Assembly (NCBI GenBank): GCA_951406725.2
Contig: OX597822.1
Span: forward strand, 1,984,001 to 2,048,000
Source of the DNA: Octopus vulgaris
Lineage: Eukaryota
Reading direction: 5' to 3'
Length of the DNA stretch: 64,000 nucleotides
Shown: piece by piece, positions 27,999 through 43,434 of the stretch
How the letters are laid out: every line of letters starts with the position of its first letter
How positions within the stretch are numbered: the first letter of the stretch is position 1
Notes under the pieces: model-generated
The model's input: the letters and a program-made list of their open reading frames with translations, nothing else
Told to the model about the DNA's origin: nothing
Databases searched by the model: none
Translations under genes and position numbers: made by a program

Positions 27999-28313
27999 TC
28001 TTACCAACAATGCAATGTTACTGTTGCTGTTCTCGTAAAACTAACTGTAAAATACAGTTGCAATTTCCACCTGGAAAATAAGTTATATTTCCTACCAGAC
28101 AATACTTATTCATATTTGCTCCAATGTTATTTCCCTTTGTTTATTATGTCTGTCGTCCACTCGAGTTCTGTCATGATGTCCATTCTGTTGGCTTGGCTGC
28201 ACTTGAACCGGGCAAGCAGAAATGCATACCTGATCAGTGCCTATTGCTGACAATATTGCGCTAGTATATTTACAATACTCTGCTCAATTCTCTCTGTGAA
28301 TGTTGTATTTATG

Positions 28314-28749
28314 ACTAGCAGCATAGCCCGGCGTTGCCCGGGTATATAAGAGGCCCTAGTAGGCAACGACTAATCCCAATCTAGTCCTTTCCCTCTAGGG
28401 AACGAAGGCGCATGTGTAGGTTGCAATGTCTTCTCTTCACTCGAATACTTCTGTATATACGATGTTCCTAGCTGTCCCTAGCTGTCGAGTTGTGTCCTCT
28501 AGACAGAAAATGTGTTGCATATAAAAAGCTTAGATTCTCGACCCCATGTCGAATTTATCGATTATTTTCAGAACTGGGGGAACTTTTCATAATTTTCGCT
28601 GCGTTAGTTTTGAATTATGACATTGGGCTATGTGTGTGTCAAGTTTCATCAAAACCGGTTGAAAGCCGTGGTCAGGGTGAGGGTACAACCTGACAGACAC
28701 ACAGACACACAGACAGACAAACTGCCGTTTATATATAGAGAGAAGAGAT
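28314..28749. mobile_element. Helentron-associated (HINE/DINE-like) element
   Basis: actagca...cccggcgttgcccggg hairpin; caagtttcatcaaaaccgg; acagac repeats; tttatatatag end. Confidence 0.75.
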
Positions 28750-30162
28750 TGTTTGAGTAATATGGGAAGCAGAGTATTTTGTTTTTAAGACACTATTTTA
28801 TTATTCTGGTGTATAATTTTAGTGCAATTAGTCTTATTGCAATGTTTTAGTGTATTGCATTACTGTTCAGGGATTTTAGAGTAGTATCTTAAGATTTTGT
28901 AGCCGTTTTCTGAAGGGTTGTTACAGTTTATAGTAGTATCCCTGGGTGTTGTGGGGGTGTTCTGGGAGCAGGGTTATCATTATCGTGTGTTATAGCAGTG
29001 TTATGGGAAGCTATGATATTCCTTTGTGGTATTAAAATAATTTTCTACGATATTTTAATTGTGTTATGACTGTATTCTCAGTTGTTATACTAGTGTTCTG
29101 TAATGTGATACTAGAGTTTTATGTGATAGAAGTGTCCTAATGTGCTTTAGCATTATTTTGGGTGGCTATTTTAGTAGTCTTCTCGTGGTATTATACAAGT
29201 GTTCTTGTGAGTTAGACTACAGTTCTAGTATATTGCAGCTTAATCTGATTTTTGTTCATTATTGTGATAGGGCTTATAGACAATCAGTATCACTGAATAC
29301 AATGACAGTCACTGTGTGTCAGTTGGAATTTCTAGCAGTAGTTGACTGTCACATCTTCTATTAGACAATAGGTAATAGTTCTGGATCTTTAGCCCAGATC
29401 AGCTTAGGGCGATAAGATGTACACGTGATCATCCCACTCTTCTTTTTTTGTTTTGTAGTATTCTTTTTATTACACAGTATATCAAACCTAATCAGAGACT
29501 TCAGTAACTATTATTTCTAATGGTTCAAATGTCCAGGAACTAGTGGCTACTTCGTTGTATTGTTCGGGTAGTGCTTCTGTCCGGTACATTATCGATTCGG
29601 ACATCCGCCAGTAACTCTCTTACTTCTGAAGACATTTACAACTTCATATATAAAAGAAATGACAGCACTATACATACATACATATATACATACATACATA
29701 CATACATACATTCATACATACATACATACATACATGCATACATACATTCATACATACATACATACATACATGCATACATACGTATGAAACTTTAGGTAAT
29801 TTACCAAAGTTGAACGTTTCGGTAGATTCAGAGAGAAAAACTTTTGAATTACGAAATTACGAAGATTGATTTAATAAAGAAATATCTACAGATACCACTC
29901 TTCTACAACAACTGATTGGTACAATTCTAGACTGATTCATGTCATTAAAATCTAGGATATAGATGGAATTGGTCAATCAGACACGGTACTATTTTAAAGG
30001 GCTTCATCACTTAGTCATTAAAATGATAATTTGTCTAGTGTTGGAGTGTTAATTTACTGTAAAATTAGCTGTCGACGTTAAATTGTTCTTCCAAGTGTCT
30101 CCTTCTCTCCCTTTTTTCTCTATCTTTCACTCTGTATCTTTCTCCTCTCTCTCTCTCACACG

Positions 30163-30243
<81 letters not shown>

Positions 30244-30390
30244 CCTACCTATTTCTATCTCTCTTACCACTGTATGTGAGTGTATCTCTTAATTTCTCTC
30301 TCCACATCTCTCTCACCAGCTATCTTTTTACTGTTTCTCGCTTAGATTTACATACAGAAGCATATATACATATTCAACAGTATGTATGTA

Positions 30391-30441
<51 letters not shown>

Positions 30442-30887
30442 TATGTGTGTGTGTGTGTGTGTGTTTGGGTACGTATATACGTAGGCATGTATGTATATGT
30501 GTGTATATATATATATGCGTGTGTATATATGTGTATTTATGTGGTTATGCATGTATGATTATTTGCATGTGTGTCCGAGCGAGCGCGCGTGTGTGTGTAT
30601 CTGTAGACTGAGGAGGGGAAAATAGAGAAAGGGATGGGGAGCGGGTGAAGTTGCTCGTTAATACAAAGTAATGACTGTCGAATGAACTGCCATCTTAATG
30701 AATTTTATGTTCAGTGGTCAGAAAATTTCAGGTCATCAATAGCTGATTAGTTCAGCTTTATAATGTGACCATTAGCTGTATAAGAAACAGAGGCTGTGTT
30801 GGCCCCATGGCCTGATGCTGGGAGGTAGTTTAGTACGTAACTGGAAGGGATGAATTTTTAATTAACACCACCCACCCACCCACATAC

Positions 30888-31247
30888 ATGATGGCTGCCC
30901 CCTCGTTATCGAGTATGGCCATTGCACGAAGCTTAACTGTTATTGGTGATGTGATCGAATGTGACTTTTTAGCTCAGCTAAAGATCTACAATGTCTTGTA
31001 CAGAATTGGCAACTAAAACTTTTACTGATAATAGCCGGCTGTAGTTGTAACTAGGCTTCATGTACCTTTGCATGTCGTTTAAGTCCTCCTGCCGAATTAC
31101 ACTCTCTTCCACATGCCCGACAGATATGATTAGTATGGTGTGTTACGCCACCACCAGTGGTCAGGTTGTCACTCATCTGTCTCGCTTTATGACTACAAAG
31201 ATGACTCTTGAGTCCAGCGTTTCTGAGGCAGGGTCTTGCACAGACAC
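30888..31247 (-). mobile_element. RTE-like LINE 3' end (C-terminal C2H2-like fingers plus 3' UTR)
   Basis: CSVCARPCLRNAGLKSHLCSH and CRACGRECNSAGGLKRHAKVH*; UTR ending ...gataacgaggggcagccatcat. Confidence 0.7.
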
Positions 31248-31949
31248 TGCATACATACATACATACATACATACATACATACATACATGAATACATACAT
31301 ACATTCATATACATGCATACATACATAGACATACATAATAGGCACAGGAGTGGCTGTGTGGTAAGTAGCTTGCTTACCTTACTACAGGAGAATTCGTGCT
31401 ACTTGGCAGTCACGTCTTTCGACGTGAAATATTGAACGTTTGAAGCACGACTACTGGTAGATGTTTGTTTAATTGGGTGGGGGGATTAGTGGAGTTTGTT
31501 GCTCTGTAATTAATAACATTTGTAGAGCAACAGTCTCCACTCTGTTCCAGACATTTGCCTGCCTGTGGTCGTGCGAAACGACTCACTTTGCAGTGAGAAT
31601 TTTGTTTTTGAGGAGGCGTATTCCCTCCGCAAAATTTTTTGTTTGGGAAAATTGTCTTTGTTTGACTGTGTTCGTGCCCTGGAAATTCCATTCGATTTAC
31701 CACAGGCAAGTGTACGAAGACAGCAAGAATTAATACCATTTGTGGATTACCAGTTTGGATTACCAGTAGCAGTTTTGTGTTGTGTTGTGTTGCCATTTTG
31801 GACTATCTTCCTTCGCCTTTTCTTCTCTTGTCTGTCTTTCTGATCTTTTTTGAGTTTTTTATAGACTTTCATTTGAACATTTTGTTTTGAAGATTTTTTC
31901 TTGTTTTGGCTATCAACATCGCAACAGTGAAATCCGCTTTGGAGTAGCA

Positions 31950-32280
31950 AATTCTGGCCCCCAAAGAATGGGTGAAAATTTATAGGGAGAGAACGGTGGT
32001 GTTAAGGACCTATTCCAGGGTCCTTGACACCATCAAAGTCTTCTCTGAGGAAGAAATTGAAAAGGAGTTGGTAGAATATTTGCCAACTGTAAATTTTATC
32101 CGCAGGGGTGCGAAGTATGTAACTGTGTGTGTACTTTTTAACACGCCTGCGGAAGCTCGTGATTTTGCGACCACGCCTTTGGAGGGGGAGAAAATTTTGT
32201 TTCTCCCTACTTATGGCGTTAGAGGGTTGACAAGAGCCTGCGTGTGTGGGCTGCCACTCGGTATAGAGATTATCCCTGGC
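31950..32280 (+). mobile_element. Probable LINE ORF1 fragment (Tx1/L1-like RRM region)
   Basis: ERTVVLRTYS...IRRGAKYVTVCVLFNTPAEARDFA...FLPTYG..LTR..V.GLP pattern; recognised from memory only. Confidence 0.45.
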
Positions 32281-32491
32281 AGGCTCGCATGTGGACTACA
32301 ATGCATGTTCTTGATTAGTAGCAGGTGTAGTTTCTTGATGCAACGTAGAAGTGACACTTCCACGAGCTCTTTTGTATTATATCTGTTCTTTCCCCTCAAT
32401 GACTGGAATTATAAGCTTCAGCCGCCGGTGCCGCAGAGCCTACTCGTGCTAAGTGTCTAGGGAAATGTTCCTTCATATGTCAAGCTATAAA

Positions 32492-32551
<60 letters not shown>

Positions 32552-32554
<3 letters not shown>

Positions 32555-32749
32555 GGAAGATTTACGAAAATAAACAAAAGACGAAGGCAGGTGGAGTACA
32601 AACAAACAATGTGTTAGTATGGCGCTCAGGAATAGAAATAAAACAAGTCTTTTACGTTACGAGCCTCCGCTCTTCGACAGAAAGATACACAGAAAAGAAA
32701 CAAGGAGAGAAAAAAATTGCGTGTAGGGGCTAGCGATCCAACATGGCGT

Positions 32750-32750
<1 letters not shown>
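32552..32750 (-). mobile_element. Hammerhead-bearing element H1 in (TA)n
   Basis: Minus cttt-CTGTCGA-a-gagc-ggag-gctc-gtaac-gta-aaag at 32647-32684; TA tracts on both sides. Confidence 0.75.
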
Positions 32751-32781
<31 letters not shown>

Positions 32782-32788
32782 TATATAA

Positions 32789-32876
<88 letters not shown>

Positions 32877-33063
32877 AGAAAATAGTAAAAAGTGAAAAAA
32901 CTACAGAACGCTTGTTTTAAAAGGTTAAAAATATATATATTTGAGTCATTATGTCTGAAGAATGATATAAATTTTTTTCATACAATGACATAGTTTTTGA
33001 AGAAATGGCCGGTTTCGCGTTCAGCTTTTCAAATTTCTTACATCGTAATGTTTACGCTGAGAA

Positions 33064-33270
33064 GTGTGAAGAAAGAGTTCCAGATAAGGGGAGGTAATAA
33101 GTGATTTCTTCCGGTGTAAATTGAAAAATACAAGCCCAAACTTAACCATTCCCACATTCTTATACAGAGAAACTCACTCCCAAAAAAGGCAAAAATATTA
33201 AGTGATTATCTCCCTTACACCGGAAGAAATCACTTATTACCTCCCCTCATCTGGAACTCTTTCTTCACAC
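33064..33270. repeat. Inverted repeat, ~56 bp arms, ~95 bp spacer, in a TA-flanked element
   Basis: gtgtgaagaaagagttccagat...ttccggtgtaa vs ttacaccggaa...atctggaactctttcttcacac. Confidence 0.9.
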
Positions 33271-33704
33271 ACCAACTTTCTCACCTATATATATATATAC
33301 TTATATATATATATATAAGTATATATACATATAAATATATATATATGTGTGTGTGTGTGTATGTATGCATACATCCACGTACATTTTTCTCTCTCTTTCA
33401 CTCATATATATATATATATATACATACATACATACATACATACATGTTCATATAAGTTTTGTGTTTCCGTGCACGTGTGTGCATGTGTGTGGCTGCGTGT
33501 GTATGTGTGTGCTTGTTTTACCTGAGCTGTAGATGAAAATCTTGAATAATATATAAGAATCATATGAGGTCATTACCTACACAGGCGTGCGCACACATAC
33601 ACACACACACACACATTTAAACGTATATACCTGTAATAATTCCTTTTTGTCCTCGTCTAGTAAACCTCGAAGTTTATTGAAACTGCAGTCACCATTTATT
33701 GTAC

Positions 33705-33740
<36 letters not shown>

Positions 33741-33745
<5 letters not shown>

Positions 33746-34118
33746 CGAAATAAGCAAAAAGGATATTCAGAGTTAATGCAGTACGATCGTTATAGCAACT
33801 CCATTTAATTGGACAATGCAATTATTACATTAATTTAAAATGCAGAGCAATCTTCAGCTGCACAAAGACATAGAATTTAGTTGAAGATTGCTCTTCATTT
33901 AAAATTGGTGTAATGATTGCATTGTTCAATTAAATGGAGTTGCATGAAACGATCGTACTGCATTACATCTGGATACCCTTGTTGCTTATCTTGATTTTAA
34001 TCACCTTACTTTGAAATTGTATGGATAATACCGTACTAAATTCTGGTGCCTCAACTTAAGTACCATATTCATCTGAATCTAAATTTTTGATGAACTCATC
34101 TACCATACCCAAAGTTTA
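33741..34118 (+). mobile_element. Diverged fold-back element with hammerhead in both arms, in (TA)n
   Basis: Arms ~33741-33859 / 33879-33998; composite tgcag-CTGAAGA-ttgc...gcat-GAAAC-gatc-GTA-ctgca; right-hand extension to the next TA tract. Confidence 0.8.
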
Positions 34119-34124
34119 TATATA

Positions 34125-35066
<942 letters not shown>

Positions 35067-35075
35067 ATATCTATC

Positions 35076-35144
<69 letters not shown>

Positions 35145-35299
35145 TTATATTGGAAAGTGTCCATCGTTGTTTCCCTTATCAAGTACACATATGTGCCACG
35201 CTGTCTAAGATCGGCAGTTGCCCATGCAAATGACTCACTTTGATACCTTATATCTGTGATAAAGCCAAGGTAAATTCACCGCCTTGACCTCTCCAATTT

Positions 35300-36080
35300 G
35301 GTAGGGGTATTATTGTATATGATGTAACAAAACTAAACAAACACTGAACGTTATTATGACGATCTGCCGATATTTCCGACTCTACACTCATCTGATTTCG
35401 TTCTTCTTGTTTCAGTCTCGATTTGATTTGAGCACTGAGAAATGAGTACGACTGAGTCATTCAATCCAGTATTATTCCAATAAGATATTTGGAGTAGTTT
35501 GTTTTTGGGCGCTGCACAATAATGCCTCAGTGGGCCCTTTTAAATCTCCTTTCTGCAGCCATTACCGGCTTCTATTCCAATGAATTTCGTTATTATTATT
35601 ATTATATAATTTGCCTTGCTTGTATGTTGTTCCGTAGCGAACTACGGAACACACAACCATCCTCAAAACATCAGCTCTTTCCATTCCTCACAGAGCACAG
35701 TAATATGAGCTGCTGTCGTTGCCGAGGAAAACTATCAAAACATTTTTTGTTTTTTGTTTTTTTGCCAAAATCCAAATCCCATTTTTTGTTATCCCCTTCA
35801 CCTAAAAAATAGTTATACGAAATTGCAATATCGAATTCCTATCGTATCCGACTGTTTGGAGTTAATTAAAATCGACCAAAAAAATCCAACACAACAGCGA
35901 ATCTTTGAGGTACAAGATTCACAGAAGAATCAATGTTACCTAATCCTGCAACACTGCTTGCCCGTAATGCAATGGCGAGCTTTTCCATCTGAACATTTCT
36001 CACGATTGAGAAAATCCAAAGCCTGGTTACAACACGTTCTGGAATTGCCACTTAATCTGACGAATGCAGCAAAGTAAACA
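35300..36080 (-). pseudogene. Possible highly decayed hAT-like transposase
   Basis: LVPQRFAVVLD resembles LPxxFAxxxD(GW); NNVQCLFS resembles SxxxERLFS; many disruptions. Confidence 0.3.
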
Positions 36081-36319
36081 GTAGAATCAATATCATGATG
36101 TACAAGGGGAATATCTTGTTGGAAAGTGATAATTTTAAGTCATTTACTCACAATTAATTATAACTTTTCGCTATTGCTGTGGGAGATTTTTTTGTCCCAC
36201 TTTTTGCAATTTATTAATTATATGTTCAATTAAGAAAAAGGATTCACCTCATTTATCAATTAGATTCGTTCACTGATTTTATCACTGATTTCAATTTTAT
36301 TTCATTATCGAACATTTTA

Positions 36320-37039
36320 TCAGCTCATTAAGAATGAAACGTCCGATTTTCATCTGCACCAAGTTTGACAGTCGTTTTATCCTGACAATTCTTTGTTTTA
36401 CAACATTGAAGCGTCACATCATCACTTTCCGAAATGCAATTCATGGTGCCTGATTATATTGTGAGATTTTTCTTATAAATCAATTTTTGCGTATCCATGG
36501 ATAGATAAAAAAAAAACGTGTTGTTTATGTATATAAATTCCGTCCAAGAACCAATGCATCCCAGACAGCTTGTAACATCAGTGAGATGCTTGATGAAGAT
36601 GTGGCGAATGAGCGCACTGTACATCGATGGTTCCGGTCTGGTGACTTTTCTCTTGAAAATCAGCCCCATAGTAAACCCGAGACTAGGGTGGATAATGATG
36701 AGCTGGAAACTGTAATGGAAGCGGATACCTCACAAACTACGCGTGAATTAGCATATTCACCAGACCTTGCACCAACTATCATGTTGTTCCAGGCATTAGA
36801 CAACTTTTTGCAAGTTCAAATCTGAAGAAGATGCAAAGTTCAAATCTGAAGAAGATGCAAAAACAGCCTTTCGTGATTTCATCACGTCTTGCAGAGCAGA
36901 ATTTTCCACTGCCAGCATAAATAAGCTACCGATAAAATGGCAGAATTGTATTGATAATTTAAGTGCATACATTGATTAACTGCATTGCTTTTTGTTGAGA
37001 TAAAGTTCATAATCGGACACTTCATTCTTAATGACCTGG
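36320..37039 (+). mobile_element. mariner element, internally deleted
   Basis: ERTVHRWF..GDFSLE, TTRELA fused to YSPDLAPT, KLPIKWQNCIDN; TIRs tcagctcattaagaatgaaacgtccgatt / aatcggacacttcattcttaatgacctgg; TA TSD. Confidence 0.92.
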
Positions 37040-37158
37040 TATGTACCTAGCTCCACACATCGGCATATATATATATGTGGATATATGTCATACATACATA
37101 TATACAAATGTATATACATAAGTACATTCATACATACATACATACATACATACATACA

Positions 37159-37236
<78 letters not shown>

Positions 37237-37450
37237 CCGGTGTTGTTCAAACGACGAATAGCCATCGCGTAAACCGCTGGTTCATTTTGTTCTCTTACTT
37301 TATTATCATCTTATAATCATCTCATAATAATGACCTTAATGACTCGTATTACTACCTCAATCAATCTAAATGTATATATTTGTCACTACCTGTCATAAAT
37401 AGCCTTTTTCTATTTGCAATATGCATTTTCGTTGATTTTTCATATTTTAC

Positions 37451-37507
<57 letters not shown>

Positions 37508-38007
37508 TTATTAAAAAGCAGCAAAAATATCACAAAAACTGTTACTCAGAGTTTCACGTTCACGCTTGTCGGGCAGTTTTGTTTAGAATGGGAAAAAAAT
37601 AAGGTTATAAGCAAACATATACAATTAGTTTAATGGATACACATTTGAAAATGGTTTTGTTTCATTGGTCCTTTCAACTAACGATCTTTACAATGACCGG
37701 TTGCATGTAATGAACAAATTTGGGTATAAAATCAACTTATGAAATCGAAGAAAATCTTAAATCAAAAATAACATATAAAGAAGGACAGAGTCTAAATACC
37801 CAGGGTAAATAATTATATGTAAACAGTTAATCAATTAATACATTCAAGTTATATACGTTTATAATTTTATCACGTTGGATTACATATACATTTAGCAGCA
37901 TATGCACCTACCAAACCATCTACAATATACATATATACACTAGTACAGACGCATGAACATAACTACATACATATACAGACATATATAGGCGAGGCATAAA
38001 TAAATAA

Positions 38008-38057
<50 letters not shown>

Positions 38058-38061
38058 ATAT

Positions 38062-38555
38062 ATATTGTTATATTTCGGAATGGTCATATTGCCAGTTTAG
38101 CCAATAAAAACACACGCACTATATTTGGTGTTATTTTGCTTCAGTGATATTTATTTTTTACATTAATCTTAATCTTATTTCGGCCAAAGTTCTTTCGTCA
38201 CACTCCTGTGACCGCATCAGTGGTCCTTTGTTTTCTTCTCACTTATTTGTGTCTCTCCTTACTAACCGTCAGCAAATACAAAATGGCTGACGGTTAGTAA
38301 GGAGAGACACAAGTAAGTGAGAAGAAAACAAAGGACCACTGATGCGGTCACAGGAGTGTGACGAAAGAACTTTGGCCGAAATAAGATTAAGATTAATGTA
38401 AAAAATAAATATCACTGAAGCAAAATAACACCAAATATATAGTGCGTGTGTTTTTATTGGCTAAACTGGCAATATGACCATTCCGAAATATAACAATATC
38501 TGTTTCAACACACGACTTCACATAAAAAATCTTGCACAACAAATATTTAAACGTA
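38062..38555 (+). mobile_element. Near-perfect fold-back element H3 (~212 bp arms) with hammerhead-like motif and 3' extension, in (TA)n
   Basis: 38062-38273 vs 38285-38499; gacca-CTGATGC-g-gtcac...gtgac-GAAA-gaac-TT-tggcc at 38334-38377. Confidence 0.85.
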
Positions 38556-38594
<39 letters not shown>

Positions 38595-38850
38595 TTCGAA
38601 ACGCAGAGTAGATGAAACAGAGGCGACTGAAGAAGGGGAATTTTCCTTCTGTTATTTGTCCTGTACTCTATTTTTTCGTTGTTTAAGAAAAATGTCCATT
38701 TCCTTGGTTTTGTGTTTATGTTTTCGCTTCTCATTGTGTTCGACGTTTGTTTGGAGTCCTGTACCCATATATGCATGCATATATACATGTAGATGTAGGT
38801 ACGTACATATATGTATGTATATATGCATATGTTTTATTTTTTAATTTGTT

Positions 38851-38896
<46 letters not shown>

Positions 38897-39674
38897 GCAC
38901 GCGCATAAAATCTCCTGGCGTAAGCTTATACAAGTTAGTTGTTACAGGCGAAAGGAAGAGAAAGAAAAATCAGAAAATATTAAGTAAGGGAAGGAGGAAG
39001 AAAACAGTGGAGAAGAATGAAAGCGAAAATAAAAGAAAGGTGAACAGAGAAGTAGCGAGAGAAAAGGGGGAAACTAGAGAGGGGCAGACAGTGCTACTTT
39101 ATGATGCTCGAATGTGAACAATACCGTTTGGATACTTCGTAAAGGCTGTGCAACGATCGCATAAAAATGCACTCATAAAGTTACATGTATATCTACCTAA
39201 GTATAAATATATATGCAAATATACATGCATATGGATACGCAAATAAATATACAAAAGTACAATGTATACGTACACACACATACATGCATATAGATACATA
39301 TTCATCCCTACAATACATACATACACATAAATATATAGGGACATATCTACAGTATAACGTATATATGCAAACAATTTTTAAAAACTGTTCGGTGTGTATA
39401 ATATTAAAATGTAAAATAAGGAAATTGTACATTAATTTGATGTAACATAATTAAATACGTGACTAAAAATTAAAAGGAAGATGATAAAAATAAACCACGG
39501 TGAAACTTAAGCTTAAAATTAAATTAATAAAACAGTCGATGGCTTTCTTAAAAATGAAGTCGAAATATATATTAGCGTTGCGATGCAAAATAACTACACC
39601 GTCTAAAGTCAAATGCGACAGTTAAGATATATATTTCGACAGTCAAAACATGTTACCCATACGGCATTTTGTCA

Positions 39675-39935
39675 GTTGACATTTTACATTTTGTAGCGTG
39701 CCTGCAGGAATTTAAGAGCTCGCGTCTCTGTTCAAAGCGTTTTTATCCTGGAACAAGATGAAGAACTTTTCTGAGAGGCAAAGATTACATTTCATAGGTC
39801 GTTCATAAGCTCAATGTCTGTATGGTGATGCATTTTCTAGTATTTTTCCAGATTACATTGAAAGGACGGGTGTCATTACCTTTCAATTCCAAGACAAGCT
39901 TTGCAAGACTAGTCGGTGTCCTATTCTCGGGGTAT
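39675..39935 (-). mobile_element. PLE GIY-YIG C-terminal remnant, lineage 2
   Basis: HRNSMRY...TSLAKLVLELK...VIWK...KCNLCLSEKFFIL...ELLNSCRH, parallel to ORF 43777. Confidence 0.75.
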
Positions 39936-40118
39936 CGCATAGAATTACGGTGGGAATATATACAAATATATTTATGTATACAAGTGTATATATATATATA
40001 TGTATAAATGTAGATATATATGTATGTATATACTTGGAAACAATCCACGGAGGCAGGGATGAAGAATAACGAAAATCAATCGATATTTGATTACCCATGC
40101 ACGCTTTTCAGAAGTAAG

Positions 40119-40205
<87 letters not shown>

Positions 40206-40208
40206 TAA

Positions 40209-40251
<43 letters not shown>

Positions 40252-41195
40252 TATTATATTATAGTATATACATACATACACGTACACATTCATATTTGTG
40301 TACAATTATACAGACATATGTTAATATATATTACTGTGTTGTGTGTCTATATGTATTCATGCTATGGTTATGTTAATAGACACTTATGGAATTCAAATAA
40401 GAGATAAACAATTGTACTATTATACTCTATATACATAGAGAATTATTAATAGGTTTATGGTAGTTATTTTTTCTTCTCTGAAATATATATGCATTGAATG
40501 AAAAATAACCATTATGGTAGAGTGATAAAAACCACAAACATTTATTTTAACATTCGCCAGGGAAATACATAGAATTACCATTATTTCTTTCAGCACTCAG
40601 TAATCCAGTTTTTTTCCCCTAAAATCTCATAAACTAAAAGACGTTAATTTCAATATAAACGAAATCTTATATGTTGTTATTAACAAAGATACCGTATGTA
40701 TCTGTGTGTCTGAAAAATCTACTTTCCCCATTGTCACCATTTGTTGATTATATCTGACAAGTATGCGAGGTCATATATTTGATTAAAGAGCTGAAAAACT
40801 GACAGTAGCAGACATGATATAGAATTTCAATTCCAGTCGGTTGATATTTAGGAAATCTGACTTGATATTCGTCATTTTATCACCGTATCAGTAATAAGTT
40901 ATTTGTTTCATTTACGCTTTCATATTGTTATTACATGTTTATAATACCAATGGTGATGATTCCTCCGTTCGAGGCTTTACTTTGAAAAAAAAATCGGAAT
41001 AAAACTATTCTCGAATGACGTGAACTCAATCCATGATTATAACTTGTTCGTCTTCTAAGGTATACAGACGAAACAAGATATTTTAAGTCATGTGTGTTTT
41101 CAGCCATATTAGTGCATCTGAGAATCTGAGAAAATTTGTAAAGTATTTTCATTGGCGATCACGTACACACACACTCCCCCCCCCCACACACACAC

Positions 41196-41552
41196 ACTGG
41201 GATTCAGTAAATATTAATACACAAATATAAGAGAGAATCTACTATGTGGACGCTCTTGCGCTAAAAATAGATCCGCAATTGTCTCAACCATCAAGAATTG
41301 TTCTCAAGGAAAATTAGCACAACTATGAACTATGCTCGCTTACGTTCATAGTTGTGCTAATTTTCCTTGAGAACAATTCTTGATGGTTGAGACCATTGCG
41401 GATCTATTTTTAGCGCAAGAGCGTCCACATAGTGGATTCTCTCTTATATTTGTGTATTAATATTTACTGAATCCCAGTTTTTATGCGCTAAACCACTTGG
41501 TGTTAAATTGATGTTATCAAATTAATATCCAATTTTTTCACCCTTATTTTTG
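41196..41552. repeat. Near-perfect fold-back (135 bp arms, 13-nt loop) with right-hand extension to (TA)n
   Basis: 41196-41330 vs 41344-41478, about 2 mismatches. Confidence 0.9.
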
Positions 41553-42197
41553 ATATATATATATATATATATATATATACGTACGGGTGTATGTATGTAT
41601 GTATGTATGTAGGTAGGTAGGTAGTTAGGTAGGTAGGTAGGTAGGTAGGCAGGCAGGTAGGTAGAAAAGTAGGTAGGAAGATAATTAAGTAGGTATACAT
41701 ATGCCCTGTATATCACTTCAGACTTCATCCGTGGGTGGGGCACTGATACAGGGGTTTTATGGTCTTGAAGAGTGTAGAGTCATATCTTTAGCCACCATTG
41801 GTCTTAGGTCTACTCTGTGCCGTAGTGAGTAGCGCCTGTAAAGGTTCTAACCATGAGTTAATTAGCATAAGAATCCCAAGGTCCTGTTAGAAGTTCATTC
41901 TAAGAGAAGGTAAACTCGTATGAAAAGAAAGCTGAAGTTCGTCTCAGCCTCTGTTGTACCAGCAGCTAATCGCACTCAAAAGCGGGTCCAACGATGTGCA
42001 AGAACTCTTCCATTTAAAACAAAATCACAAACAGGAACTTCCTGGAATCTCACAATATTTGCAAGAACTCACTGAGTTTAAGTAATGGTTTTACTCTGTT
42101 AACAGTTGACTTCCATCATATTTACGTATATAAACCATCTCTGTCTTTCTGTCTGTATGTCTGTCTATCTATCGATCTATCTATCTATCTATCTATA

Positions 42198-42264
<67 letters not shown>

Positions 42265-42313
42265 GTCTATCTATCTATCTATCTATCTATCTCTCTATCT
42301 ATCTATCTCTCTC

Positions 42314-42403
<90 letters not shown>

Positions 42404-42449
42404 CATGCATATATATATATGTGTGTGTGTGTGTTTGTGTATGTATGTT

Positions 42450-42490
<41 letters not shown>

Positions 42491-42763
42491 ATAATATTCA
42501 TGAAGGAGATAGAAATGATGTTTGGAGACAGTAAAAGGAGGATAATCACTTGCAAACCAAGCAGGAGCTAAAAGCTCTCAGTGAAAAACTCCGACATCGG
42601 AAGAGAATAACTGAGAGAAGAACAATAAACAAAAAAATTGACCGCAGGCAGCAGTACACAGAGACATGAGAGGAGGAGCAGTAAACATCACGGAAGCTCC
42701 TTCACATGAAGACATAGACCCCTTCTGGAGGATAATCTGGAGTGTCTTCACTCCAGATTATCC

Positions 42764-42870
42764 TTAGGTGTTTCGCTCATAAATACACACATCGTCCGGT
42801 CTGAGATTCGAACCCGCGATCCCACGACCGCGAGTCGGCTGTTCTAACCACTAGACCATATGCCTCCACA
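42764..42870 (-). mobile_element. SINE family C head
   Basis: Reverse complement tgtggaggcatatggtctagtggttag...ggttcgaatctcagaccgg. Confidence 0.75.
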
Positions 42871-42925
42871 TGTATGCATATATGTGCATGTATGTATTTA
42901 CTATTCTTTAACAAGAATTGTATTG

Positions 42926-42970
42926 ACAGTTACTTCGATGTTTTGGCCATCTTAGCCATCATCGGACTAT
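42926..42970 (-). ncRNA. Degenerate hammerhead motif upstream of, and inverted relative to, the PLE at 43435
   Basis: Minus agt-CCGATGA-tggct-aagat-ggcca-aaac-atcgaa-GTA-act. Confidence 0.4.
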
Positions 42971-43434
42971 GATGCTTTAAGTTAATCTTGGATTTATATC
43001 TTCTCTATGGAGTTAAATATTTCTGGGTATTTGTGAGGCTCAATCGAATGATTAACATTATCGTAGGTTGTATATTGTGTTGTGATGGTGAGGTACGGTG
43101 AACATTTTATACATTAAATCCGGTGTTATAATTTTGTTCAGAATCTATTCATGCGTATAAAACTTTATAAACACCTGCGTATGTTTATGTGTGTTAGTTT
43201 CAGGTCATTATTCTGTTATGGTTTGCAAAAGTAGATATGTAGAAGAAGCTTTGGGGTAGTGGATCACTAATTAGTATTGTTACTTTGGTCTTATTGGATT
43301 TAATCATTTGCTTTTACATGTAAAGTAATATAAAGTTCAAAAATTCAAATTTAATTCCAGCATTATGTACCCTTACGCTTTTTACATAGATGTTTAGGTA
43401 GATATAGAACATGTCTTAGAAATATTTTGTGTGT

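Noticed and set aside
28770-29230. G/T-skewed stretch with recurring tagtgtt/ttctag words
   Set aside because: No definable period by eye; treated as low-complexity or decayed tandem repeat.
31051-31247. C2H2 zinc-finger gene exon
   Set aside because: Lacks TGEKP linkers, begins in a microsatellite and is followed by a LINE-like 3' tail; better explained as an RTE C-terminus.
37540-37580. Hammerhead-like minus motif ccgacaa…gaaac-tctga-gta (similar partial motifs at ~51270 and ~54210)
   Set aside because: Core and helices too degenerate to call individually, though the context fits.
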